Shown piece by piece: positions 18,764 to 28,487 of a stretch of 37,196 nucleotides of DNA. The notes under the pieces were generated by a model. That model was not told the origin of the DNA, searched no databases, and worked only from the letters and a program-made list of their open reading frames with translations. Each line of letters opens with the position of its first letter. Position 1 is the first letter of the stretch. The stretch spans positions 61,842-99,037 of the forward strand of contig CAZWEM010000012.1 in the NCBI GenBank assembly GCA_964632315.1. Reading direction: 5' to 3'. The position numbers and the translations under genes were made by a program. Origin of the DNA: an uncultured archaeon. Its GTDB lineage: Archaea > Asgardarchaeota > Lokiarchaeia > Sigyniarchaeales > SOKP01.

Positions 18764-21010
18764 ATGAAAGTCAGAATGATTAAATATTCAAAACCCTACC
18801 TCATAATGATTGCTGTTTCTATTGCGTTGTTATTTGGACAAGCAAACTTTAACCTCACATTGCCTGATTATCTCGCAAAGATAGTGAATGTAGGCATTCA
18901 ACAAAAGGGTATAGAGAATGCAGTGCCTGAAGCAATGCGAGGAATCGAAATGAACCATACTTTGCTATTTCTTACTCCAGGGAACCAAACAGACGTGCTT
19001 GATGCTTATACATTCGTGGAAAACGGAACTACAGAAGCTAATAATTATGTCAAAAAATATCCTGCTGTGGTTAACCAGTCTATTTATGTATTGACCGATA
19101 CTGATAGCAAGACAATCGCGCATTTAAACCCGATTATAGCCAAGGGACTCTTGACAGTATCCTTCGTCGAATTACTCATGGCAAATGACACATTACGTAT
19201 GCTTGTAAATCTTCAATTACAACCATTAAACATTTCTCTTCCTAGTGGAGATTTATTTAATTACTTTCAAACATCACCTGAAGGGCCTATTGCAGTGACA
19301 TTGATAACTGCTCTTGCTAACTCACGATTTAGCGCTCTTGGGGAAGCCTTTATAATACAGGCCGCAATTCAAGTTGTAAGAGTGGAGTATGAAAAACTTG
19401 GTATAAATGTAGATCAAATGCAACTTAATTATATGTTCTACTACGGTGGTTTGATGCTCCTTCTTACCTTCCTTGCAATGGCATGTACAATTGGAGTGGG
19501 GTATTTCGCTGCTAAAATTGCTACCGGAATGTCTCGAGATATGCGAAAGGATATATTTGAGAAGGTCGAAAAATTCTCAAGTACCGAATTTGATACATTT
19601 TCCACCGCATCTTTGATAACGCGGTCAACGAATGATATAACTCAGATCCAAATGGCAATAATGATGGTGATTCGTTTAGTGTTTTATGCTCCTATTTTGG
19701 GGGTTGGGGGGGTAATACACGCCCTTGAGTTAGCTCCCTCGATGTGGTGGATATTAACAATGGCGGTCGGAGTATTACTCGCCCTTATCCTTATAGTCTT
19801 TTATATAGCGTTACCGAAGTTTAAGAGCATTCAAAGATTAGTAGATCGTCTTAATCTCGTGGCTCGAGAGAGTTTGTCGGGTTTAATGGTTGTAAGGGCT
19901 TTTAATAAACAAAAATTCGAAGAGAAACGGTTTGATGAGGCTAATATTGATCTTACTAAGGTTTCGCTGTTTATAAACCGAGTCATGGTGATTATGATGC
20001 CAGTGATGATGATGTTAATGAACGCCCTGATAGTTATCATCATATGGGTTGGATCACACGGTGTAGCCAATGCAAGTATCCAAGTGGGTGATATGATTGC
20101 TTTCATGCAGTATGCTATCCAGGTGACGTTTGCGTTCCTCATGCTTTCGTTAATGTTTATCATCTTACCTCGAGCTTTAGTGTCTGTAAATCGTATTGCA
20201 GAGGTTTTAAAAGTTGATGTAATGATCCAAGATCCCCAAAATCCAAGACACTTTGATGACCCATTTAAGGGTAAAATTGAGTTTCGAGATGTTTCTTTCC
20301 GTTATGCTGGAGCACCAGAGAATGCATTGAATGATATTTCCTTTACCGCTCAAGCAGGACAGTTCACTGCTCTTATTGGGCCGACTGGGTCTGGTAAGTC
20401 TACGCTTGTAAATTTGATTCCTCGTCTATATGAGGTGACATCAGGGGCAATATTGATCGATGGCGTCGATGTACGTGAAGTAACTCAAGAAAACCTTCAT
20501 GAAAAAATTGGATACGTGCCTCAAACAAGCGTGTTGTTTTCCGGAACTATTGAAAGTAATCTCTTGTTTGCAGATGAAAATGTGAATGAAGAAGTTCTTC
20601 AATCATCAATAGAAACCGCTCAAGCTAGTGAGTTCGTAAGTTCTAAACCCGAGGGCATGACTACTGAGATAGCTCAAGGTGGTAAGAATGTATCTGGAGG
20701 TCAAAAGCAGCGCCTTTCAATTGCTCGGGCATTAGTTAAAAAGGCTCCCATTAATATTTTAGACGATAGTTTTTCTAATTTAGATTTTAAGACCGATATT
20801 GCATTAAGAAAAGCACTTCGAAAATCTATATCAGCAAGTACAGTAATAATTGTGACACAAAGGGTTTCCACGATAAAAGATGCTGATCAGATCATTGTTC
20901 TGAATGAGGGTAAGATTGTTGGAAAGGGTAAGCATACTGAACTCATGGAAGATTGTGCTATATATAGAGATATAGCCATTTCACAACTTGAATTGGAGGA
21001 ATCATCATGA
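18764..21010 (+). CDS. Heterodimeric ABC exporter, TMD+NBD subunit with degenerate site and large extracellular loop
   Basis: GPTGSGKST and VSGGQ motifs. Walker B is ILDDS (E->D) and the switch is TQR (H->Q), the TM287-like pattern. Confidence 0.93.
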   Translation: MKVRMIKYSKPYLIMIAVSIALLFGQANFNLTLPDYLAKIVNVGIQQKGIENAVPEAMRGIEMNHTLLFLTPGNQTDVLDAYTFVENGTTEANNYVKKYPAVVNQSIYVLTDTDSKTIAHLNPIIAKGLLTVSFVELLMANDTLRMLVNLQLQPLNISLPSGDLFNYFQTSPEGPIAVTLITALANSRFSALGEAFIIQAAIQVVRVEYEKLGINVDQMQLNYMFYYGGLMLLLTFLAMACTIGVGYFAAKIATGMSRDMRKDIFEKVEKFSSTEFDTFSTASLITRSTNDITQIQMAIMMVIRLVFYAPILGVGGVIHALELAPSMWWILTMAVGVLLALILIVFYIALPKFKSIQRLVDRLNLVARESLSGLMVVRAFNKQKFEEKRFDEANIDLTKVSLFINRVMVIMMPVMMMLMNALIVIIIWVGSHGVANASIQVGDMIAFMQYAIQVTFAFLMLSLMFIILPRALVSVNRIAEVLKVDVMIQDPQNPRHFDDPFKGKIEFRDVSFRYAGAPENALNDISFTAQAGQFTALIGPTGSGKSTLVNLIPRLYEVTSGAILIDGVDVREVTQENLHEKIGYVPQTSVLFSGTIESNLLFADENVNEEVLQSSIETAQASEFVSSKPEGMTTEIAQGGKNVSGGQKQRLSIARALVKKAPINILDDSFSNLDFKTDIALRKALRKSISASTVIIVTQRVSTIKDADQIIVLNEGKIVGKGKHTELMEDCAIYRDIAISQLELEESS

Positions 21011-22854
21011 TGCGACGAGGTGGAGGACACATGAGGGGTCCTGGTCCGCCGGGATCTGGGTTAGGTGTTCGTGAAAAACCAACTGATTTTCGTGGAACTA
21101 TGGGTAAATTATTCAGGTATATGGGTAGATATAAATGGTTAGTGTTATTGGTGTTCATTTTTGCAGCAGCTTCTACTACAGCAAATATTATAGGACCAAA
21201 GATTCTAGGAACTGCTACCACGACTTTGGTGGATGGTGTAATTGCTAAAGTTAGTGGTAGTGGTGAAATTGATTTTATTAAAATTGGAGGTATCCTTTTA
21301 GAAGTACTAATAATTTATGTTATCTCAGCAGCGTTTGGGTTTGTTCAAGGTTGGATCATGGCAAATATTTCAACAAATGTAGCTTACAGACTCCGTCGAG
21401 ATATTTCAGAAAAAATTAATCACTTGCCCCTTAAATATTACGATAAAACAACGCATGGAGAGGTTCTCTCTCGTATTACGAATGATATAGACACGATAAA
21501 TCAAACTTTGAGTCAGAGTCTCACATCAATTATTACGTCAGTAGTAACAGTCGTTGGTATTGTAATCATGATGCTAAGTATCAATTGGATGATGACACTA
21601 GTCGCACTGGGGATGCTCCCGCTGACACTACTACTTATAGGCATCATCATTGGTCGATCACAGAAGTATTTTAAACAGCAACAAGATTATTTAGGGCATG
21701 TGAATGGACATGTGGAAGAAATGTATGGTGGCCATGTTGTCGTAAAAGCTTTCAGCGGAGAAGAAAAAAGTATTGAAAAATTCAAAGGATTAAATAATCG
21801 ATGGTACCAAGGATCCTGGAAAGCGAATTTTGTCTCTGGTTTGATGATTCCAATCACGTTTTTCATCAGCAATTTGGGATATGTTGTTGTAACTATACTT
21901 GGAGCGTATTTAGCTATTCAGAATGTTATAAATATAGGGGACATTCAAGCATTTATCCAATACATCCGATCATTCACACAACCTCTCAGTCAACTTGCAA
22001 ATGTTTCAAATGTTCTCCAGCAAACAGCTGCTGCAGCAGAACGCGTATTTAAATTCCTTGATGAAGAAGAAGAAATCCAGGAAGTCTCCAATCCTATTAA
22101 AATAAAGAAAGTTAAAGGGTTAGTAGAATTCCGTAACGTGACTTTTGGATACAGCAAAGATAAGATAGTCATTCATAATTTCTCCGCGACAGCTCAACCA
22201 GGACAAAAGATTGCAATTGTGGGTCCAACAGGAGCGGGTAAGACCACATTAGTTAAATTACTCATGCGATTCTATGAACTAAATAGTGGAATAATTTTAG
22301 TAGACGGTCATGATACTCGGAAAATGACTCGCGAAGACTTGCGCAAATTGTTTGGAATGGTACTTCAGGATACATGGCTTTATAATGATTCCATTTTGAA
22401 TAATATCCGTTTTAGTAATCAAGATGCAACTGACGAAGAAGTACGAGCCGCTGCACGTGTTGCTAATGTTGATCACTTTGTAAAAACCCTACCAGATGGA
22501 TATAACATGATAATAAACGAAGAAATAACAAATATCTCGCAAGGTCAGATGCAATTACTAACAATCGCTCGTGCTGTTCTTGCCGATCCACCAATACTTA
22601 TCCTCGACGAGGCTACCAGTTCAGTAGACACGCATACAGAAATATTAATTCAGAATGCTATGGATGCACTAATGCAGGGTAGAACTAGTTTTGTCATTGC
22701 TCACCGTCTGTCCACTATACGAAATGCTGATTTGATCCTTGCAATTCGAGATGGAGAAATCGTGGAACAAGGCACACATAAAGAATTATTGGCCCGAAAT
22801 GGATATTATGCTGACTTATATAATAGTCAGTTTGAAGCTTTAGATTCTACTTAA
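21007..22854 (+). CDS. Heterodimeric ABC exporter, TMD+NBD subunit with consensus catalytic residues
   Basis: GPTGAGKTT, ISQGQ, ILDEATSSVD and IAHRLST (TM288-like). ATGA overlap with the partner gene. Confidence 0.95.
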   Translation: MMRRGGGHMRGPGPPGSGLGVREKPTDFRGTMGKLFRYMGRYKWLVLLVFIFAAASTTANIIGPKILGTATTTLVDGVIAKVSGSGEIDFIKIGGILLEVLIIYVISAAFGFVQGWIMANISTNVAYRLRRDISEKINHLPLKYYDKTTHGEVLSRITNDIDTINQTLSQSLTSIITSVVTVVGIVIMMLSINWMMTLVALGMLPLTLLLIGIIIGRSQKYFKQQQDYLGHVNGHVEEMYGGHVVVKAFSGEEKSIEKFKGLNNRWYQGSWKANFVSGLMIPITFFISNLGYVVVTILGAYLAIQNVINIGDIQAFIQYIRSFTQPLSQLANVSNVLQQTAAAAERVFKFLDEEEEIQEVSNPIKIKKVKGLVEFRNVTFGYSKDKIVIHNFSATAQPGQKIAIVGPTGAGKTTLVKLLMRFYELNSGIILVDGHDTRKMTREDLRKLFGMVLQDTWLYNDSILNNIRFSNQDATDEEVRAAARVANVDHFVKTLPDGYNMIINEEITNISQGQMQLLTIARAVLADPPILILDEATSSVDTHTEILIQNAMDALMQGRTSFVIAHRLSTIRNADLILAIRDGEIVEQGTHKELLARNGYYADLYNSQFEALDST

Positions 22855-23032
22855 AGAGATTATAAATTTTTTCTTTTTTATTTATATGTATTAAATATGC
22901 TTTCTCTTATCTAATTTACATCAAGGACAATTTGTGGATATAAGAGATTTTAATACTTTTTAAAGCAAAAAAATTTACAAATGCTTAGTAGAGATAGAAA
23001 TATTTATATATTCTTGATAAATAATATTATAT

Positions 23033-23620
23033 ATGAATAATATTACCAGTGAAGATTATTCATTGAATCATCGAGAATTTGCAATTTTGGGTTTAATCTC
23101 TGAATTTCCATCACATGCTTATAGTGTTAATCAGAGGATTGAAGAGAGAGGTATGAGAGCTTGGACCCAAATTGGAATGTCTTCAATATATAATGATTTA
23201 GGAAACCTAGAAGAGAATCGATTAGTAGATTCTTATAATGAAGAAGTTGATAACAGAATTCGTAAGGTTTACCAGATTACTGAAAAAGGATTGAATATTT
23301 TAAAAAATAGAATTTATAATACTCTTAAGGACTATAAAGGCAGAAATGATCCTGATTTCTATATAGCTTTCTCAATGCTTCCTTATCTCTCAAAACAAGA
23401 ACAATTAGAAGTATTTTCAAGTTCTTTAACTATGATAAAAACCCATAAAAAAGAATTAGAAGACATGTTACAGAGTAACATTAATCAACCATTAAATGTC
23501 AGAGGTTTATTTATTCACCCAATTATGATTTTACAGACAGATATTGAATTTTTAGAACAAATTATAGAAGAAATACAAAATGGGGTGGATCAAGTTGACT
23601 CAAAAGATTACCGTAAATAA
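23033..23620 (+). CDS. PadR-family transcriptional regulator
   Basis: ILGLI...HAYSV...SSIYNDL...RKVYQITEKG motifs. Confidence 0.9.
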   Translation: MNNITSEDYSLNHREFAILGLISEFPSHAYSVNQRIEERGMRAWTQIGMSSIYNDLGNLEENRLVDSYNEEVDNRIRKVYQITEKGLNILKNRIYNTLKDYKGRNDPDFYIAFSMLPYLSKQEQLEVFSSSLTMIKTHKKELEDMLQSNINQPLNVRGLFIHPIMILQTDIEFLEQIIEEIQNGVDQVDSKDYRK

Positions 23621-24728
23621 TTTTGTTCATCGTGTTGGTGTACATTGTGAGTCGTCTGCTATGAGAGACCTCTTTGAGTTTTATGGTTTTAAAATGTCAG
23701 AAGCTATGGTATTTGGCTTGGATGCTACATTAGGATTTGGATTCTTTGACACTACAGAAAGCGCCTCATTCATACCAGAATCAAAAATCCCTTTTTTTCT
23801 CGGAGGAAAACAAGGAACAATTGATCCAAACTCCTTAGCTTGCCGGTTATTGGGATTTATTTTGAGAAAACAGTCGTTTACTAGTGCTGATAAAGCTTGG
23901 GAAGAATCTAAAAAATTGATAGAACAGGATACCCCACTAATTCTAAAAGTGGATTTAGGATTTTTACCTTATTTTGAGGAAACAGGAGATATTCATTTTG
24001 GTGGACATTCGATTACATTAAGTGGATATGATGAGGAGAATGGATGTGCGTTCGTAGGTGATACAGATTTAATCGGTTTTCAAATGCTCCCCATTGAGAA
24101 ATTAAAGGAAGCGCGAAGCTCTGAGTTTGGCCCTTCCTTTATGCATCCAAATAATACTCAATATTCTATGATGAAGAGATCTGATGGTAAACGCCCTCCT
24201 ATAGCAGCGGGAGTAAAGGTCGCTATTCAAAAAGTTGCGAATAATATGCTTCGCCCCTCAATGAATAGTCATGGAATCCAAGGATTAAAGCTTTTTGCAA
24301 ACTCAATTCCTCATTGGAAAGAAAAATTAGCAGGTGAAGCAAAAGATTCCCTTGGAAAATCAGTATCACGAGCAAAATTAATGTTTGAACTATTATATGG
24401 GTACATTGAAACTTGGGGGACTGGTGGAGGGAGCTTTCGGAATCTTTATACTCAATTTTTAGAAGAGTTATATAATCACCCAGAGATGAGGGGAGGTCCT
24501 AAAGCTTGGAACCAGATAGATTTCAAGATTTTAGAGGAGAGTATCCCAATGATTCGAGAATCAGCAGATAATTGGACTAAAATTGCAAAAACTTTAAAAC
24601 AAGCCGTTGATGAGTATAGCAATGACTGTTTGGATAACATTGATTTGCTAGAGCTACAAGAATATGTTTTATTAATCCTTGATAAAGAGGAAAAATTATT
24701 TAAAAATCTCCTGAATTTAAAAGTTTAA
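23580..24728 (+). CDS. BtrH-like papain-fold (C39-like) protein with DUF4872-like C-terminus
   Basis: HCESSA, SEAMVFGL, HFGGHSITLSGYD and GTGGGSFRNLY motifs. The true start may be TTG 23595. Confidence 0.8.
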   Translation: MGWIKLTQKITVNNFVHRVGVHCESSAMRDLFEFYGFKMSEAMVFGLDATLGFGFFDTTESASFIPESKIPFFLGGKQGTIDPNSLACRLLGFILRKQSFTSADKAWEESKKLIEQDTPLILKVDLGFLPYFEETGDIHFGGHSITLSGYDEENGCAFVGDTDLIGFQMLPIEKLKEARSSEFGPSFMHPNNTQYSMMKRSDGKRPPIAAGVKVAIQKVANNMLRPSMNSHGIQGLKLFANSIPHWKEKLAGEAKDSLGKSVSRAKLMFELLYGYIETWGTGGGSFRNLYTQFLEELYNHPEMRGGPKAWNQIDFKILEESIPMIRESADNWTKIAKTLKQAVDEYSNDCLDNIDLLELQEYVLLILDKEEKLFKNLLNLKV

Positions 24729-24740
24729 ATGGTGATATAA

Positions 24741-25175
24741 ATGAGCGAAATTAATTTGGTTGCACCATGCGGCATATATTGTGGAGCGTGTCGATCATAT
24801 TTAGTTCAGAAAAAAAATCTTTTTAAAGAAAAAAATCGTAAATCTGGATGTCTAGGTTGTAGAATTCGTAATAAAAACTGTACTTTTATTAAAAAAGGTT
24901 GTCCACCTATTAGAAAGGGTGAATATGATTTTTGTTATGAATGTGAATCATTTCCATGCGATAATTTAAAAAAAATTGATAAAACTTATGTCTCTAGATA
25001 TAATGTAAGTCCAATAATGAACCTTAAAAGACTCGTTGATATAGGAATTGACGCTTGGATTCAAGAGAAGAAAAATTTATATAAGTGCCCAAATTGTGGA
25101 GGAGAAATTTGTGTTCACGATGCAGAATGTTTTGATTGTGGACTTAAAATTAATCCTAATTTGGATGGTGAATGA
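24741..25175 (+). CDS. DUF3795-family Cys-rich protein with C-terminal zinc ribbon
   Basis: APCGIYCGAC, CLGCR, FCYECESFPC and CPNCGG...CFDCG motifs. Confidence 0.85.
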   Translation: MSEINLVAPCGIYCGACRSYLVQKKNLFKEKNRKSGCLGCRIRNKNCTFIKKGCPPIRKGEYDFCYECESFPCDNLKKIDKTYVSRYNVSPIMNLKRLVDIGIDAWIQEKKNLYKCPNCGGEICVHDAECFDCGLKINPNLDGE

Positions 25176-25263
25176 CTTGGATTTATCTCAATTCAACGAG
25201 TTGGATTTTGTCAGTTTTTGTAGTAACTATTACGATGCTTGTCCAGATTATCATAAATGGTAA
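25168..25263 (+). pseudogene. Truncated remnant of a second DUF3795-like gene
   Basis: VSFCSNYYDACPDY aligns with VAPCGIYCGACRSY of the preceding gene. Stops after about 31 codons. Confidence 0.45.
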
Positions 25264-25301
25264 AGAAAACAATAAGAAATTCAATATAAGAGGAAAAGAA
25301 T

Positions 25302-25973
25302 ATGTCATACAAAGAACCATATACAGAGCAGTTAAGGATTAATTTTCTTAAGTATACCGGAAAAGCGTTTCAATTCCTGCCAGAAATGAAAAATCCAAAA
25401 ATTCTTGATTTAGGTTGTGGTTCTGGTCTAATTAGTCTTGAACTTGCAAAATTAACAGATGGAATTATCCATGCTATAGACATTGATCCAATTCTCTTAG
25501 ATAAGTTGAATGAAAAAGTCGAAATAAGAAATCTTTCACAAAAATTTAGAATTCAAAGGATTGATTTCTTAAAAAATAATTTCCCTAATGATTATTTTGA
25601 CCTGATATGGGAAGAAGGTGTGGTACATATAATAGGATTTAAGAAAAGCTTCAAGGAATGCAACCGGATCCTTAAACAAGGGGGATTTTTAGTTCTTGGT
25701 CAATCGATCAAATTGATGGAGAAAAATGAAGCACTAATAACCGAATGTGGTTATGAATTGATCAAACAATTAAACTGGCCTAAGGGATGTTGGTGGAATG
25801 AGTTCTATGGCCCTTTAGAGATAATAATTAAAGAAATACATGAAGGTAAGAAACCTAATCTTTTTGAAGATATTAACAAAATCGAAGAAGAGATTAGATG
25901 GGTCAAAGCCAATCCTAATGATAGTGATTGTGCGCATTACATTTTAAGAAAAAAAATAGAAGGAGGTGAATGA
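25302..25973 (+). CDS. Class I SAM-dependent methyltransferase
   Basis: ILDLGCGSG, AIDID, FDLIWEEG and LKQGG motifs. Confidence 0.92.
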   Translation: MSYKEPYTEQLRINFLKYTGKAFQFLPEMKNPKILDLGCGSGLISLELAKLTDGIIHAIDIDPILLDKLNEKVEIRNLSQKFRIQRIDFLKNNFPNDYFDLIWEEGVVHIIGFKKSFKECNRILKQGGFLVLGQSIKLMEKNEALITECGYELIKQLNWPKGCWWNEFYGPLEIIIKEIHEGKKPNLFEDINKIEEEIRWVKANPNDSDCAHYILRKKIEGGE

Positions 25974-28480
25974 GATTGGATGAAATAAAAGTAATTGGAG
26001 CAAGAATACATAACCTTAAAAATGTAAATGTAAACATTCCAAAGAGAAAGATGGTTCTTATTACAGGAGTTTCAGGATCCGGAAAATCAAGCTTAGCTTT
26101 TGATATCATATTTGATGAAGGGATGAATCGATATCTTCAATCAATTGGATTTCCTCCAAAATTCGAAGATGAGAAACCATTCGATAGGATTGAGGGACTA
26201 AGTCCTACAGTTGCTGTGGAACAAAGGACCACGAGGGTTTTTAATCCGCGTTCTACAGTTGGGACGAAGACTGCGTTATATAATCTTTTACGGATGTTAT
26301 ATTCAACAGAAGGTGAGTTCCTTTGTCCAATTTGTAAGATCCCTGTTAATGATAATTTGGAATGTGATACTTGCGGAATGGTTATAGATCGCCCCCAAAT
26401 TAAACATTTCTCTTTCAATGAGCCCAGTGGAATTCATTTTTGAGCTTATCAGATGACCAAATTGTGTCTCAATTGTAAGGGGAGGGGTTTTACATCCCAT
26501 CTAACTGAAGAACTTATCATACAGGATGAAAATTGGAATTTAGTAGAGATTACTAAAGCGGGATCAGCTGTTTTTGCTGATCAATTGCGATTTGTAGAAC
26601 AACTACCTAAGTTCTATGATTTTGACGGCAATACTCCGTATAAAGATCTATCTGATGAAATAAAGAAAGTATTTCTATATGGAAGTGGGAAAAAACTACC
26701 TTTTGAGTGGGATTCGAAAACATTTACAGGGACATTAGAACGAGAATTTGAAGGTATTATTCCTCACGTGGATCGCGCACTTAAAGAATCAAAAAGCTCA
26801 TATAGACGAAATAAAGCAAAGAATTTTATGGCTATTATGAAATGCGATGAATGCGATGGGTATCGCATAAATGAGCAAGCACGGGAAATTAAGATCAATG
26901 GAAAGCATATAGGAGAAATAGCAATGATACCTGTCGATGAGTTAAACAAATTTCTCTCAGAATTAACTGAGAATCACGTTAAGACACCTCAAGGTAAATC
27001 TATTATTGAAACGATAATCAAAGGTATTCAGAACATGATAGATGTAGGTTTATCTTATATTCATCTTAATCGAACTTTACCATCACTTAGTGGAGGGGAA
27101 TTACAACGTCTTTCTTTGATGACGCATTTGGATGCTGGTATTGATTCATTGATTTATGTGTTAGATGAACCAAGTATGAGTTTACATGAAAGAGAAAAAG
27201 ATTCTCTTATTAAAATTATAAAAAGATTAAAGGAATTGGGAAATTCAATAATAGTGGTTGAACATGATAGGCGTTTTATAGAAATTGCTGACATAATTAT
27301 CGATATCGGTCCAGACGCTGGAAAAAATGGAGGTAAAATTGTGTATAAAGGAGATCTTGAAGGATTAAAGGGTGTCAATGAGTCTTTTACAGGATTATTC
27401 TTGCGAGGCTTGATTAAACTTCCTCAAAAAATAAAAATGAATCGGGTTGATAAAACGACCAAATTCATAACCCTAAAAAACGCCACAACAAATAATTTAA
27501 AGGATATTACTGTTAATATTCCTTTAGAAATGATGGTTGGAATTGCCGGTGTTTCTGGATCGGGGAAGAGTTCACTAATTTTAGACACCCTTGTGCCACT
27601 ATTGAAGAAAATTTTTTCTGAGAACTCAGATTATGAAAATGAAGATGATATTGATGAGAATGGAGATGACGTATCTGAATATTATGCAAAAATTGAAGGA
27701 GCACAAAATATTGACGAAGTTATAGTAGTCAATCAAAAACCTATATCTAGAGTAAAAACATCTACGCCATGTTCTTATGTTGGGATATGGGATAAAATTC
27801 GAAAGGTATATGCAAAAACAGGTGATGCAAAAAAAATGAAATATAGTGCGGGGCATTTCTCTTATAATTCTGAAAAAGGAAGATGTCCTACATGCAGGGG
27901 AACCGGAGAACAAGACTTACAAATATCTTTTCTCAGCAGTTTTAACATTCCTTGTAAAGAATGTCATGGCACTCGATATAAACAAGAAATTTTAGATGTA
28001 TTTTACAAAGGTAAGAACATCGCTGATGTACTTAATATGACTGTTATTGAAGCATTAGAACATTTCAAATCCTATCCTAATATAACAAAAATACTACAAA
28101 TCCTTGATGACATTGGAATGGGATATATTACTCTAGGACAGCCTGCACCAACCTTAAGTGGTGGAGAAGCTCAAAGAGTAAAGTTAGCTAAAGAATTAGG
28201 CAAGACACGAAAAAAAAGTTCGCTCTATGTTCTTGACGAACCAACGGTTGGACTTTCTTTTTATGATGCCGTAAAACTCATGGAATTACTTCAAAAGATC
28301 GTGAATGAGGGCAATAGTGTAATTATAATTGAACATGATCCCGAAATCCTCTCGTATACTGATTATATTATTGAGCTTGGACCAGAAGGAGGCCCAAAAG
28401 GAGGAAAAGTGATCGCATTCGGAACACCTAAAGAAATTCGGGAAAATACTAATTCAAATACAAGTCCATACTTAAAATGA
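25970..28480 (+). CDS. uvrA: UvrA-family ABC ATPase (short class II/DrrC-like), interrupted by a 30-nt in-frame insertion containing TGA
   Basis: GARIHNLKNV, 2x GVSGSGKSSL, LSGGELQR/LSGGEAQR, LDEP and zinc fingers. ORFs 25970..26443 and 26453..28480 are in the same frame, separated by one TGA. Joined length is 826 aa. Confidence 0.88.
26433..26462 (+). other. Candidate 30-nt bulge-helix (BHB/BHL-like) mRNA intron in uvrA
   Basis: The insert forms a hairpin with a 3-nt bulge AAU next to a GUGG/CCAA helix. Excision gives FSFNEPSG-M-CLNCKGRG. Confidence 0.5.
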
Positions 28481-28487
28481 AAGATGT

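Noticed and set aside
26441-26443. In-frame TGA in uvrA as selenocysteine or a recoded stop
   Set aside because: The TGA is not at a conserved Cys position. It lies within 10 surplus codons that break the FNxPxGxC spacing, and other genes here end normally at TGA.
26431-26463. AATT direct repeats flanking the uvrA insert as a transposon footprint
   Set aside because: The copies are 29 nt apart, so removal between them would frameshift rather than restore the gene. No IS ends were seen.
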